A stretch of DNA of 64,000 bases from Iphione sp. A-MEVVRFRX5 (GCA_976226885.1 OZ320319.1:23002001-23066000), one strand, 5' to 3'; positions 25,577 through 37,974 are shown, numbered from the stretch's first letter. Notes: generated by a model not told the origin, from the sequence alone. A program made the numbers and translations.

Positions 25577-28216
25577 TACTACATAACTCTTTATGTTAAT
25601 TAACAACAAGGCACCATGAATTTAGTCTTCTTCTTTGACTGTTTCACAAAGACTAGCAATACTGGCACTGATAGACTACCATGTTGTGCCGTACTATACC
25701 TTATCGATACCTGCTCTGTACACCAATATACACAACAATTTACTATGGTGGGACCACATTGTATATGACTATTGCGCACAGATACTAGTGTTGAAATGTG
25801 CACTGGACACTGATCACCTGGTTTGGGTTAGGAGGAGGAAGTCATACTGATTGGAGTGTCATGACATAGAGATTTTAATACGCCACCCACACACCCAATG
25901 GTCCATACATTTGGGACAAAAGAGTGACGGGGCGGGGGGGGGGGGATCGCTACTCAGTGAGTTGGGGCATGCTCGCTGGGTACCCAAGGGGGGCGTGGGC
26001 TATAGGGGGGGGGGGGTGAGCTGGGTAGACCAGAGATGGGGGGGGGGACAGATCTGTGGGGGTTGGAGGGGGTTAAGTGGACATGACTTTGATAAAGCGA
26101 TATGTTTTGATACAGGGTGTGATGTAATTAACCATGTTAGCCAGGGGATCAAGCTCTATGATAACAAGCGGTGTAGATATGACAGAAATTAGTACGTTCA
26201 CCACTAGAGTAAGATACAAGGCAACAGAGGAAGAAGGGAGAGATGCCTTGAACAAAGCCATGTTGGGTGGGTGGGGGGCATTTTGTACATCTCTCACTTC
26301 CGTACTACAAGGGCCAAGTTTTGTGAAAGGAAAAGTGATTAGTCTTTCTTTGTTGCCATCGAAGCCACCTATTCATGCATGCAGATGGCAATGCACCAAC
26401 GAGGGGTCAGCAGTAAAAGGGAAGGTAAAATGGGCGATCTTAAAAAGGGAGTTCATAACATTAAGGCCGTTCTCAGATGTGATCTATAGAGTACGTTATC
26501 GTGATGAATACAGTGGCTACTGTTGATGATTTCATGAATTGTACCAATTGATGATTTCATGAATTGCATCAATAGGTCAATTTGTTACAGTTATACACTG
26601 TGTGTATAAGACAACTGCTAAAACAGTATTCATACCTAAGATGACACTAGAGGGTGGCACCTTGTACTTATCTTCTTACAGGTGTCAGCACTCTGTAGGC
26701 CAAACTACAATGTAGTTAGATCTGGCTTATCGGGCAACCTGTTGGTTTCATTTCAACTACAGTAGAAATTGGGTACCCTTCCTGACCCAGGGAAGTATTT
26801 CTTTTGAAGAAGGCTGAATGAGGCAAGAAAACTCGTTGTTTTCCTTTCAGAACATACATGTGCATCACTGGTAGACTATATGCATCAGGCCTGAGAAAAA
26901 TGTCTGTGTTTCCGGTATTATGCTGAAAAAATGTACGGTTGCTAGGAACTAGAAACACAGAGGACATTTTTAGGCCTTATGACAATTTAAGCTTAGCCCT
27001 ACCGAGTTGGTCCTACCAGTGTTAATTTAGAAGATGAACTGATAGTTTTCTTACGACATAAAAACGGCAGGCATATATCCTTATTTCCAAAATTAAAGAT
27101 ACAACAATGATAAGGATGTTTGAAAAATAACAGAATATGCCAGAAACCAGGCACAGATCACTTACCCATATGCAAAAGGGACTAAGGGATACCAACCTAA
27201 GAGGGCTGGGCACCAAGTGGTAACTGCTACCACTAAACCAAACAAGGAGATGAATGGCTCTCTATGGACACGTACACGTTCCGCCAACACATTTTCTTAA
27301 CACTGCATTTTCTTTGGTATGATAAATACATGAAAAAGTATGAGTCACCAGTACCTTACAGTTACACAGTTGGCCATATTACTAATGATAATGATGAATT
27401 GAATGAAAGCAATTATTGGAGATAAACTGGCCAACTACTGTGTCAGTCTGGAGGCATGGAATATCACAAAAAGATAAGTAAGAAAATGTTCGTTTTCATT
27501 GAAGGGGTGTGTAGCTATAGGGGTTATGGGTTCATCCTGCGCTTTTTCTCGACCTTTTCATAGCCAGACATGAGACAGAGAATATTATTTTCCATGCGGA
27601 AGTTTTGTTTTTCTGAGCAACCGACCTTTTTATCCCTATTTGTTAGTGTGTGGTGCTTCAACCATAAGAATAGGCTATGTGTTAGTGTATGGTGCTTCAA
27701 CCATAAGTATATGGCTATGTTTATTGTTTTTCTCTTCCTGCTTTATCAATTTAAACCACTTACAGTGGCATACGGTGGCAAATGCGGCGCTCTTTGGGAA
27801 AAAGAAGTCTGACAGCAAAGTGAACAGCTTATCTCATGTTTAACAGTTTTATCCATTAGATTTTGCTATATCACTTACTTATTGATAAGTGTAGAGATAT
27901 GCAGCTGAAGTTGTTTGAACGAAGGGTCTACGTAGGCCTATAAGTGATATTAATACCTTATCAGCTGAGGTGACTTCAGCTTAAATATGATTGTCATGTT
28001 GTTTTATCTGTCTAGCCTGTCCAATTTTGGAGTTCATACCCTTAAGAATTAATATTTTTGAAATGCCTTTCAATAGCTTGTCATCCACAAAGAAATGTGG
28101 ATGTAGAAATCCATCCACTATGTTGATAGAAAGTGAAATGAGAGAGGAGGAAGGAGGCCACACAGTAGATTTGTAGTGACCGCAGAGGGCAAGAAGCCGA
28201 ATGAAAAGTGCTAAAA

Positions 28217-29343
28217 ATGGGACCTCCTCCAAAGAAAAAAAAACATGATTGGAAAGATGACGACCAGGCACGACAAGATGTCGCCCAACCAAGGGGGTTT
28301 CTCCATGGAAGCCGATGAAGAAGCCCAGGACCTGACACCATTATTGACTAGCTCTGATATAGGTGATTTACAACTGCTGGCCCTAGACCAGACAAGGGCG
28401 CCTAATAATCAAGGTGAGCAAAGTTACGATACCGCGGAGGTTCAGATGCCAAAGGAAGGGGACACCCGATTGAAATTGTGTGAAACTGTACAAGAATTCA
28501 AAGATATCATGATGTCAAATAAGTCTCTGCTGGATAAGGTGTCGGATGTTGAAGCCTCCTTAAAAGAGTTGCAAACTAAGGTTACAAATCTCTCAGAGGC
28601 ATGGGAGGGAGTCAACGCTAGGCTTCGCAAGGTGGAGAAGGCATTGCATGACAATGACCATAATGACCTATGTAATACAATAAAACAAAGAGGAGGCTTT
28701 GTCTAAACTGGAAAAAAGATGCTCTACACTTCAGTGGAAACTTGGGGAATATGAAATAGGAGACGGGAGGCCTATATCGGACCAGGTCAACGAGCTTATG
28801 CGAGCAATTGACGGAAACTACCTGGGCGTGACGCTGCTAGCAGCAACAAGAATAGGGAAGAAAGGTGACAAGCTTTGTTCCATGATAGCAATGTGTACGT
28901 GTACTGAGTCTCGGGCTAGCATCTATGGGTGCAGGTACAAACTCAAAGACACTACAAACATATCCTTATGGCCACGTGACAGGCACGGACAGCCCATGCC
29001 AGGCACGGCCAGCTCCATCATGGACATGGGAACCATGACAGCATCAGACCGCCATGTGACAGTCACAGACAGCACTATTATGGCCACAGATAGCCCTGTG
29101 ACAGTCACAGGCAGCCCCGGCAAGCCCCATCATGGACACAGGGATGATGACAGCATTAGACAGTCCTGTGATGGTCACAGATGGCCCCATCATGGCTACA
29201 GATGGCCCCATGACAGCCATAGGCAGCCCCGTGCCAGTCATGGCCAGCCCCATGCCAGCAGTGGCCAGTCCCATCATGGACACAGGGACCATGATAGCAA
29301 CAGACAGCCCTGTGATGGTCATAGGTCCCGTCACTCGCAATGA
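28217..29343 (+). pseudogene. Decayed LINE ORF1p-like sequence (coiled coil plus RRM-like region), frameshifted, no ORF2
   Basis: Coiled-coil stretch LLDKVSDVEASLKELQTKVTNLSEAWEGVNARLRKVEK, followed after a frameshift near 28700 by ATRIGKKGDK...IYGCRYKLKDTTNISL, resembling the AHRLGK...KLKGT.I motif of LINE ORF1 RRMs. A probable original start MGPPPKKKK at 28217 is out of frame by a further shift. Confidence 0.55.
28985..29335 (+). repeat. Degenerate coding minisatellite at the ORF1 C-terminus (peptide ~SPIMDTGTMTAxDSPVTVT)
   Basis: Recurrent CCATCATGGACA..GG..ATGA.AGCA..AGAC.GCC.TGTGA..GTCA units. Confidence 0.8.
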
Positions 29344-29489
29344 AGGCTCAGCACACACTGAACGAGGTGGCCTCATGGTGCAATGATAATGGACTCTTAG
29401 AAACAAGAGTGAATGTACGTACCTAACATTTGGTAAAGCTGCAACTTTTAACCTCGACCTGTTCATCTTGGGGACAAAAATAGGTAAGG

Positions 29490-29684
29490 CAGGCCCGTAG
29501 CCAGGAAGTCTTGTGGGGGGTATCTCAAATTAGAGAGGTGGAACTCTTAGCTAGAGAGGTGAAAATTCTGGATTAGAGAGGTATTTCTTCCTCTGTCTGT
29601 CTGTCTGTCCTCTCTCTCTGTCTCTGTCTGTCTGTCTCTCCCCCCCTCTTTCTTATGATACACCCTTGGCTATAGTATAGGCCT
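29490..29684. mobile_element. Degenerate relative of the CAGGCCCGTAGCCA MITE
   Basis: Left end CAGGCCCGTAGCCAGG is intact. The right end is decayed (CTTGGCTATAGTATAGGCCT). An internal microsatellite is present. Confidence 0.45.
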
Positions 29685-31754
29685 AGAGATGTGGAACTCT
29701 TGGGTCCTCTGGGGGGTATTGATATTTAAAGCCTGCTTTCTCTCGGTACTGAACGATCCTCTGTGAGGGGCACCTGTCCTTGGATGGAAAGGAAAGGGCT
29801 ACAAACCCTAGACCATCAAATAAAATACCACATGTGCCTAACCATGTTTGACCTATCCTTCCTACAGCCAGTGACTGTATGACAGATGGGAAGGACAAGA
29901 TGCAGAGGGATGTGTCGATTCTCATTTGACAGACCAAGGAGCAGCCTACAAGGAAGGGGCACTGTGAAATGATCTCCCAGTACCTATAAGAATGACAAGG
30001 GAAGAAAGCTGTTAAACAAATTTTGAATTCATTTAATTCATCCTTTCCTTTTTAAATTGCCGTTATTAAATTATCCTTGTTGTTTGTGAATTGAAATAAA
30101 GACTAAAACTAGGATAAGAGATGTGGTTGAATAGCGTCTGGAAGATGACATAGTATCTCAATAAAGAAATCAATGAAAATCAAAATCTGTAAGAGGTTAA
30201 TGCAAGAGAGTAATACAGAGCTAGCTGAACTAATAATGAAATCATGGATTTATGTGTCCATGTAGTAATATAAAATATATGGAGGAATATGTACCCAACT
30301 TTATGGCCATATCATGATTTTACTGGCGTGTCCCTGTCATGCTGTGAAGTGTACACAGTTTTATGCATTACTTTTATTCACATAGATATCACTTTTTCAT
30401 TGCGGTGCGCATGTAAGAAGATCATTTTTGTTGTGCTGTACGACTTCTGTCAATTTCTGCTTATAGTATAGGTCCTTGCCTTAGTTATCTGAAATAACTT
30501 AACTATAAGCTGTATGTAGCAAACAAAATGAACAAAAATACTGCTAACGAAATATTAATATATTAATATGTAATACAGCAATGGTAAAGTAATGGTAAAA
30601 GGTGACAGATTGATTATATCAATGATGATCTTGTATGTTGCCAAGGGTGAATAAAACAAACTGTGTATGTATAGTGTAAAGTTATAAGGACTAAGTGTCA
30701 TCCTTTGTGAGGGAATATAATGCACAATGACAACTTTTTGTGTAATTGACTTTGCACATTGGTATACACGATGATCCACTGTCTGTGTGTGGTATTACAT
30801 TGTTTATGTAACTCCTTTCTTACATGTAGGCCTACCCAGTAATGCATCCCAAACTGAGACTGTTGAGATGCAGTATCTAATGAGAACTTGGCTCTATGCC
30901 TTAATGCTGTTGTTGGAGATTGGCTATCTGTCAGTGCTTTGTTCTACATGACAATTGATGAATAACACAACAAGTTTTACACAGGTTGGTGAACCTCTTT
31001 ACACTGACAATTGGTATGTAAGATGAGGGTTGTGTATCACTTGGGGGATGCGCATTTTAAGATCTACAAGAGACTGTGCCACTAATCAGCAATAAAGGTT
31101 TTTCAAAATGAGCCTCTGGTGTGGTGTACATTTTATTGTTACAAATAATTATCTATGCTGAAAGTACATGCTCTTTCTAGCAAACGCTCAGTTTCACATT
31201 TCGATGGATACATGTATGATATCTACCAGTTGTATTTCATGCCTTGCACTGGATCTCAGCCACCGCATAATTTCGCTCGCATACGGTTTGTATAAAATTT
31301 AAAAACACCCATTTCCCCACCTTCAGGTCCCACTGATGAAAAGTCTTAATAATGGTTATAATTCAAATGTCTACAAATATCATGGGCTTTTGTCATGGTT
31401 ATTTGATATGATACAGTCATGAGTTGTAAGTAGGGAATCAAACGACACAACAATAGAACGGTGCGAAAACATTTATCATCAGTACTGCATATGTATGATT
31501 ATTACCAGTTGAAATAAAGTATTTAATGATAATAATATGTATGAATATCTCTAATATTTAACAACAATATAAAGACATAGGCCTACTTGTGACCATTTGC
31601 AGGGTGCCATCTTTATGTTTCTACGTCTTCGATAGTCTTTCTCATTTGTCTGTTTCATTTTTATCTCTAACGTCTGTAGTTTGCTGTTTTCCGAATGGTT
31701 AACTATTCAAGTACCAGGCCCATTCCCTTTCTGCATCTCCGTCATTCTCACTGC

Positions 31755-31840
31755 CTGTCTGTCTGTCTGCCTGCCTGTCTGTCTGTCTGCCTGCCTGTCT
31801 GTCTGCCTGCCTGTCTGTCTGTCTGCCTGCCTGCCTGCCT
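31755..31840. repeat. (TGCC/TGTC)n compound microsatellite upstream of the lectin gene
   Basis: Direct reading. Confidence 0.9.
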
Positions 31841-31986
31841 GCGCATCTCCGTCTGTCTCCCTCCTGGTCCTCGCTCAGATATCGTTCGTTCGTATGTATT
31901 TTCACTTCTTGCGAGCCCATGTGGCTGACGTGAGAATAACAAATGCCACTTTCACAGGGTTATCACTTCTTGATTAGAAAATGTAA

Positions 31987-31992
31987 TATAAA
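31987..31992 (+). promoter_or_regulatory. Candidate TATA box of the lectin gene
   Basis: TATAAA ending 45 nt before the ATG at 32038. Confidence 0.5.
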
Positions 31993-32037
31993 GGTGAATG
32001 ATGCCCAATGTAGACCGGTTACTTCTGGTTGTCGGCA

Positions 32038-32300
32038 ATGACTGTTAGACGCTCTGGTCTGGTTCTCCTCCTTCTCGTATCATTAGGGATATGCGGTAAG
32101 TTCCGATTAAAAAATAACTGGAAAACAACTATATCTTCGTGTAATTACATGTATGACCTCCCTTTAACCAGCTTCTACAGCGCCCTCTACCCTCCTCTGC
32201 CTCTGCCATGTACCTATTTGTGATACGTACATGTGTCCGTCCCTGTTGGGTTCTCTCGATCTACTCCCCTGTGACTATCTGTCTTTTATGCTCTCTCGCC

Positions 32301-32354
<54 letters not shown>

Positions 32355-35300
32355 TTATAAACCTCACTTACTACAGTATGGGCACTAGTGAATATCTAGA
32401 GTCCCGGCTTCCAATGGTCACCTGTTCCTCAGCTCCAGATATGGTCTGAGACCATGGAAAAGGGTCTGTGTTAGGCTCTGTCTTACCTATTTGACTGTAG
32501 AAAGTGAAAGTTGTGAAAAAACATAGATCGCAGAAGATTTGGGGGATTAAAAACCAACTTGTGATGAATTGGGGGGGGGGGGGTAACCAAAGTTATGGGA
32601 ATAAATCATATATCCAGAGATATAAGCGACACGCAATTAAATAAGCTTTCTAAATATAGTTGCTTCGCCTTTTGGTCAGGCTAGGTCAGTTCTGTAGGTG
32701 ATCATATGGAAGGGTTTTCTCTGTAATTGTTAAATGCTGAAAAATTTGGTAGTTGCACAGTTATCTAAACAAGATCAGTTCATTTTCAGAGACACAAGGT
32801 TTCTTTGTACCTCCATGGAAAACCGAAAGTTGGGCAGAGTGGACAAGACGATGGCCTGACTGGACAACAGGTTGGCCTGATTTGACAACAGGATGGCCTG
32901 ATTGGACGACAGGTTGGCCTGACTGGACAACAGGATGGCCTGACTGGACGACAGGTTGGCCTGACCTGACAACCAGTTGGCCTGAGTGGACGACAGGCTG
33001 GCCTGACTGGACAACCAGTTGGCCTGACTGGACGACAGGCTGGCCTGACTGGACAACCAGTTGGCCTGATTGGACAAGTTGGCCTGACCAGACAACAGGA
33101 TCGGAGACAACAGAATTGACAACAGAATGGCTGACAACTGATAGGACAGAAACTTCTGAATCGCCAGACGAGACAACAACAGGATGGCCGGGCAGGACAA
33201 CAACAGGTTGGTTTTCCATATTTACCACTGATGATTCAGTTAGACAAAATATGACAATGTATGCAAATGCACAGTGCAAATGACCTTTCTTACAATCAAG
33301 TAAATTACTGCTCTCCTTGTCCGTTTTTCGTTGGGAGTTCATCACTAGAATTATTTCATCAAAAATAACATTTCGTTCATTGGCATTACATGTATATGGA
33401 AATACAGAGAGTCGACCTTTTCTTAAAATAGTCCTGTGTCTGCCAATTCCTCTCTCCCTCTACTACCTCCTTCTTTCTTCCACATTTTCAATTCAATAGA
33501 GAGCGTCGGATAATGACGAATGTCGCATAATGCGGTCATCAACCTACAGAGAGGAGTCTCAATCCAGTTTACCCTTTAAGTAGTTCCATATTGTGTTAGA
33601 TCGGATCACAAGGCTCGACTGTACACTTCATCATTATCCAGATAGTCCACCAGGTGGCAGGCAGCCCTACTGTGCTCCCGGTTGGGAACTGCGTGGAGAC
33701 ACCTGCTACACAGTGTTGAAAACTAGGATCACCTGGCCATTTATCTCCTCCTGGAAGGAAGCTGCTGCCTTCTGTGAGCAGGCCGCCTACAAGGGAACCC
33801 TGGTCTCCATCCACGATTACGAAGAGAATGACTTTGTGGTTAATCTACTGTACGATGCCCATGCACCCAAAGCTTGGATAGGCCTCTACTACGATCGGAG
33901 AGGTTAAAATGTTTTCAGGCTTTTGCTGTGTAATTTAACCGTGCGTAGTCACAGATGTATATGTATTCGATAAGTATGTTATGTCTTGTGTTTAAATATG
34001 TTATATATAAATGGCATATGGTAACCTTAATATCAAGATTTACTTTGCTTCATTTGATGAGCTCTGCTGTTCTAGGCCTTTAACTACAATTTAAACTAAG
34101 AAGAGCTGTGCTCTTCTGTGTATTACCAACTTAAATCCTGATGAGGACTTTCAGTTCCGTCAAATTGTATCTTTTGATTTATCATAGCACAAAAGACACC
34201 CAAGATAAAAGTACCTTTCATGGACTGCCAATAACATACATGCACATGAATGCACAGAAGAAATCCTATCTCTCCAGGAAGAGAACTGTCCTGCCCAGCT
34301 GCAAGTGTTCTGATAGGTGTATTAAAATTTTGTAAAGGTACGAAACCGCTTACTCTGAAGATCACTTTGTTTTGGTTACAGATTTTTCGTACAGATGGCA
34401 GGATGGTACAAGGCTACGGTTCAGTAACTGGGATTTCGGCTATCCTAGATATGATTCCGTATGTTCCCCATTACTCATATACACAAATATATATTTTATC
34501 TCCCTAACCTCTACATGTCGTAATATATAATATAGACTTTAAACATACTTGGGTAATAGCAAATACCAGCCCCATCAATGGACAATAAAGTTGAAAAAAC
34601 AAAGCACATAAAGGCAAGGGGCAAAAAGAATAAAAAAAACTCACATAGCAGCAGATGCACATGTACCGTAGGTATATCTTTACATAGTCTATCACAGATC
34701 GGTAGTGACACATCGGGGCATACAATACCAAAAGCTGTAGGTAGGTGCTGTAGGTATGGCCTTAGGTAGAAACGGACGGGGGGGGTGTCTATTGTGGAGG
34801 GATACATAAATTCCATATCCGAACGCGTACATTTATATACATAGCCACTGCATGTGGAGATTGTATTTTATCTAGCTCATAAATAATTCTTCGAAAAGCT
34901 AGGGAAGATTTTTTAAAAAGCCACAAAACTAAACTATATGTATATTTATGGTATATGGAACAGATAGTGACAATACTCTTGATTCGTATGTTGTGTGCAA
35001 AACGCACTGTTCGAATCGTGCCATGTGCACTGCCCATTTCTCAGAATGCAAAGAATCTTGCGACATATATACTAGGTGTAAAAATGCGGTAGAAATTAAG
35101 CCACCTTATGGAGACGTCTCCAATAGGGACATGCCTCTTGTCAGGACACCTATATGAAGAGCTGATTTTACTTACATTATAGTTAAAGAAGTCTCTAATA
35201 AGGACATGTGGATAGAGGGACAGTTTCAGAAAGAACAAACGGTGTCTGATTAGCGTCTTTCTACTCTAGAAATAGAAATTGTCGCGGTTTCCATTGTGCT

Positions 35301-37974
35301 CCCCCCGCCCCCTCCAACGTGCGTAATCATTGTTGTTATTGTTCATTCATATTTCTCACACTGACTGTCCTCTCTCTCCTGTCTCTCTAAACCTCTCTTC
35401 CCCGCTGCTCCCTTTTCTCTTTCTTTCTTTCCCTTTCCCCTTTCCAAGCCCTTCTCCGTGGACAGTGCAGCACGCTTTGCCACCAACTGATGAGCGTCAC
35501 TGTGTACAGAGTGTGTGACTTCTGTTCTGGCTCAAAGCGTCTCCACCGGTTCTGTTATCATTTATGGGCTTGTGTCTGTGATACACCGACAGGATCTAGG
35601 CTGTACACTGATAAACGGAAATTATAGCTGGGGTCGCTGGATGGATGAGTCATGTGAGGAAGTCCCTGAGGTCTTCATTTGTTCAGCCCCTTCAGGTAAG
35701 TCGTATACCCTTTCTTCACAGCCATTATGTCAAGCATTTATTAGAATCCGTATATTACCAACATAATGGTTGTTCTTTTTGTTTATTTTAAGAGAGTTTC
35801 CTTGGTTATTTCTCACCGGGGTGGGTGGTGATCATAGTGAGCACCACAAGTGGTAGAATATTCCCGTTGTCTTGGGAGGTACCAGCGGATTCCCTTTGAG
35901 TATTTCAATACAATGTAGAGTAGCAACTGAAATTTCAGAAAACCATTGGGACCAGTTTTGCTAAGAGCAAGATAGCCTGCTACCTGAGCTGTTTACTTTT
36001 TGAAACACAGTGTAAATATCAAAACCACTCCGAGCAAACTTTGGTCTTTACAAGGAGTTTCTAATCAGATTGTCCTCACACCCCAATTCCCATAGAATTT
36101 AATGATCACATGCATATTAACTTGACATGCAGATGTTTTGAGTGGTCCTTTTCTACAGTACTCCCACAGCTGCTGACTTCCCCAGTAGATCTGAGAGTGA
36201 CTGGGGGATGGTGGGACTAGGAAGGCTTCATTTATTAAAATATCATCACCCCCACAGCTGCCAGTTAGATTGACTGGTGACTGGGGCTGCTGCTGGGGCT
36301 TGGAAAGCTATAGTTACTAAAATGTCAGTTTTACCTCCATAGCTGATAACTTCACCAATGTAATAGAGGGTGACTGGTGTTGCTGGTGGGGCTGGGAAGG
36401 CTACAGCTACTAAAATGTCAGTTTTACATCCACAGCTGATAACTTCACCAACGTGATGGAGGGTGACTGGGGTTGCTGGTGGGGCTGGGAAGGCTATGGT
36501 GACAACTGTTACCTGTTCGAGCCAGATGCACCCCATGATGAAGGACGAGTGGACTGTGATGATCATTATCCTGCATACGCAGTCTACATCGAGAGTGCCG
36601 ACGAAAATGAATATATTGCTAGGAAGTTACGCGAGCACACGAAATATCAAGTACAGGGTTCTGTGAGGCTTTGGTTGACTTACCGCCATCATGATGGTAC
36701 GTAAAATATTATCAAAACCATAGGCCATGTGGAAGTCAGGAGTCACTGACGTATTTTTCCCAGAGTGTTCTGTTAATACTACTCTTTTACTTCTATTTTT
36801 ACAATGAGGCACTTCAGTATTAGTAATATATCGTATAAAATGCCAGTGTAGAATTCAGGCCACTTGCATCTGGGTGGAACTAATTTTCTCTGTGGGGAGG
36901 TAGTTCCTGTTCAGTTCAATGGGAATTATTATTCGCACAACGATAATTTTCACTTTGACTACGGTTTGCGATTACGAACATTGACTTATGCAAAAATGTC
37001 CTAAATGTTTAATATCCGTGGTGAAGAAACATAAGAAATCTGTTGGAACTGTATCACTTATTGAAAGATTTTACATGAAAACCTTCGCAGAAACAGAAAA
37101 AGAAATTCCACTTTGCAACTAAATAAAAGTACAGTGGAATTCCTCTTGTCAACATAAAACGGACTGAACAATGATCTTGAGTCGCCCTGATTAACAGGGA
37201 TTTTAAACTTGCATATAAGAGTGGGTCCTGTCTTTTCACTGTCCAAAGTACGGATTGTCCTAATTGTTGGGCATCCGGATTACGGGATTCGACTGAATTT
37301 GTTCTCCTTTTCCCTGCATCGTGACTCGCAAGTCGAGAAGAAAACTATACGTACTTGGAATGACTATTTTGTTTCTTACAAGGGTTTCTTAGTTAAAAAT
37401 TACGAATGAGACCGAAGACGAATGAGTGCACAAGATACCATTTCATTTTAGTGAACAAGTGACGGTTTGACATTGTCAAACTCTCACTTTTCTTGACTGC
37501 AATAACCCAACACTCCCCACAAATCTCTGCCAGTTAGGAAAAGTTACAAAACATACAGCTAGCATATGTGCAATCATGGTATCAGTAGGGCCAGTAATCA
37601 AAACGAAGTGAGATATGAACAATGTCCAACCCTCCCGGGGTTGCGTCCAAAGTCATCATATAACAAAACACGTTACTTTTCTATTGATTGCTACATATAA
37701 AACAAAGCGATGTTGAGGCATTTTGTGTTCTTTCTGTCTCATTTTCCTTCATCAAGGTTGGACTTGGCATCCAAGTGGGGCTACAGCCACCTTCCGTAAT
37801 ATCCCAGCTCAGACCTATGACGTGTCCATTGGTAAAACCCATGTCGATATGGATGTGAAGACTGGCATATGGAACGCGGCCACTTCACCTGCTCCTATCC
37901 TCGGTCGTGTGTGTAAGGTTCGCCGGTATGCCAGACCACAAGCATCCATGAAGAGCCCAGACAAGAGAAAGTGA
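32038..37974 (+). CDS. Secreted protein: signal peptide, Trp/Thr/Asp heptad repeat, two C-type lectin domains
   Basis: Exons: 32038-32095 (MTVRRSGLVLLLLVSLGIC), 32790-~33206 (repeat; donor weak and uncertain), 33642-33902 (YCAPGWELRGDTCY..AAAFC..LVSIHDYEENDFV..AWIGLYYD), 34382-34458 (YRWQDGTRLRFSNWDFGYPRYDS), 35593-35695 (DLGC..GRWMDESC..FIC), 36436-36696 (GCWWGWEGYGDNCY..IESADENEYI..LWL), 37757-37974 (GWTW..GIWNA..RVCK..TGA). All junction phases are compatible. Confidence 0.85.
32852..33100 (+). repeat. 21-bp coding tandem repeat, 12 units (WPDWTTG consensus)
   Basis: Eleven 21-bp units plus one 18-bp unit, consensus TGGCCTGACTGGACAACAGGT. Confidence 0.95.
36160..36500 (+). repeat. Four tandem diverged copies (85-93 bp period) of the acceptor plus 5' end of the CTLD2 exon
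   Basis: CCA(C/T)AG|CTG acceptors end at 36169, 36257, 36342 and 36435, each followed by GTGACTGG..TGGGG..GGAAGGCT-like sequence. Confidence 0.85.

Noticed and set aside
34948-35157. Small six-cysteine ORF (CKTHCSNRAMC...CKESCDIYTRC) in a lectin intron
   Set aside because: No signal peptide, no convincing splice sites enclosing the cysteines, and the spacing matches no domain I recognise.
35440-35515. WTVQHALPPTDERHCVQ as an alternative lectin loop exon
   Set aside because: No credible donor, and it would duplicate a cysteine already supplied by exon 35593-35695.
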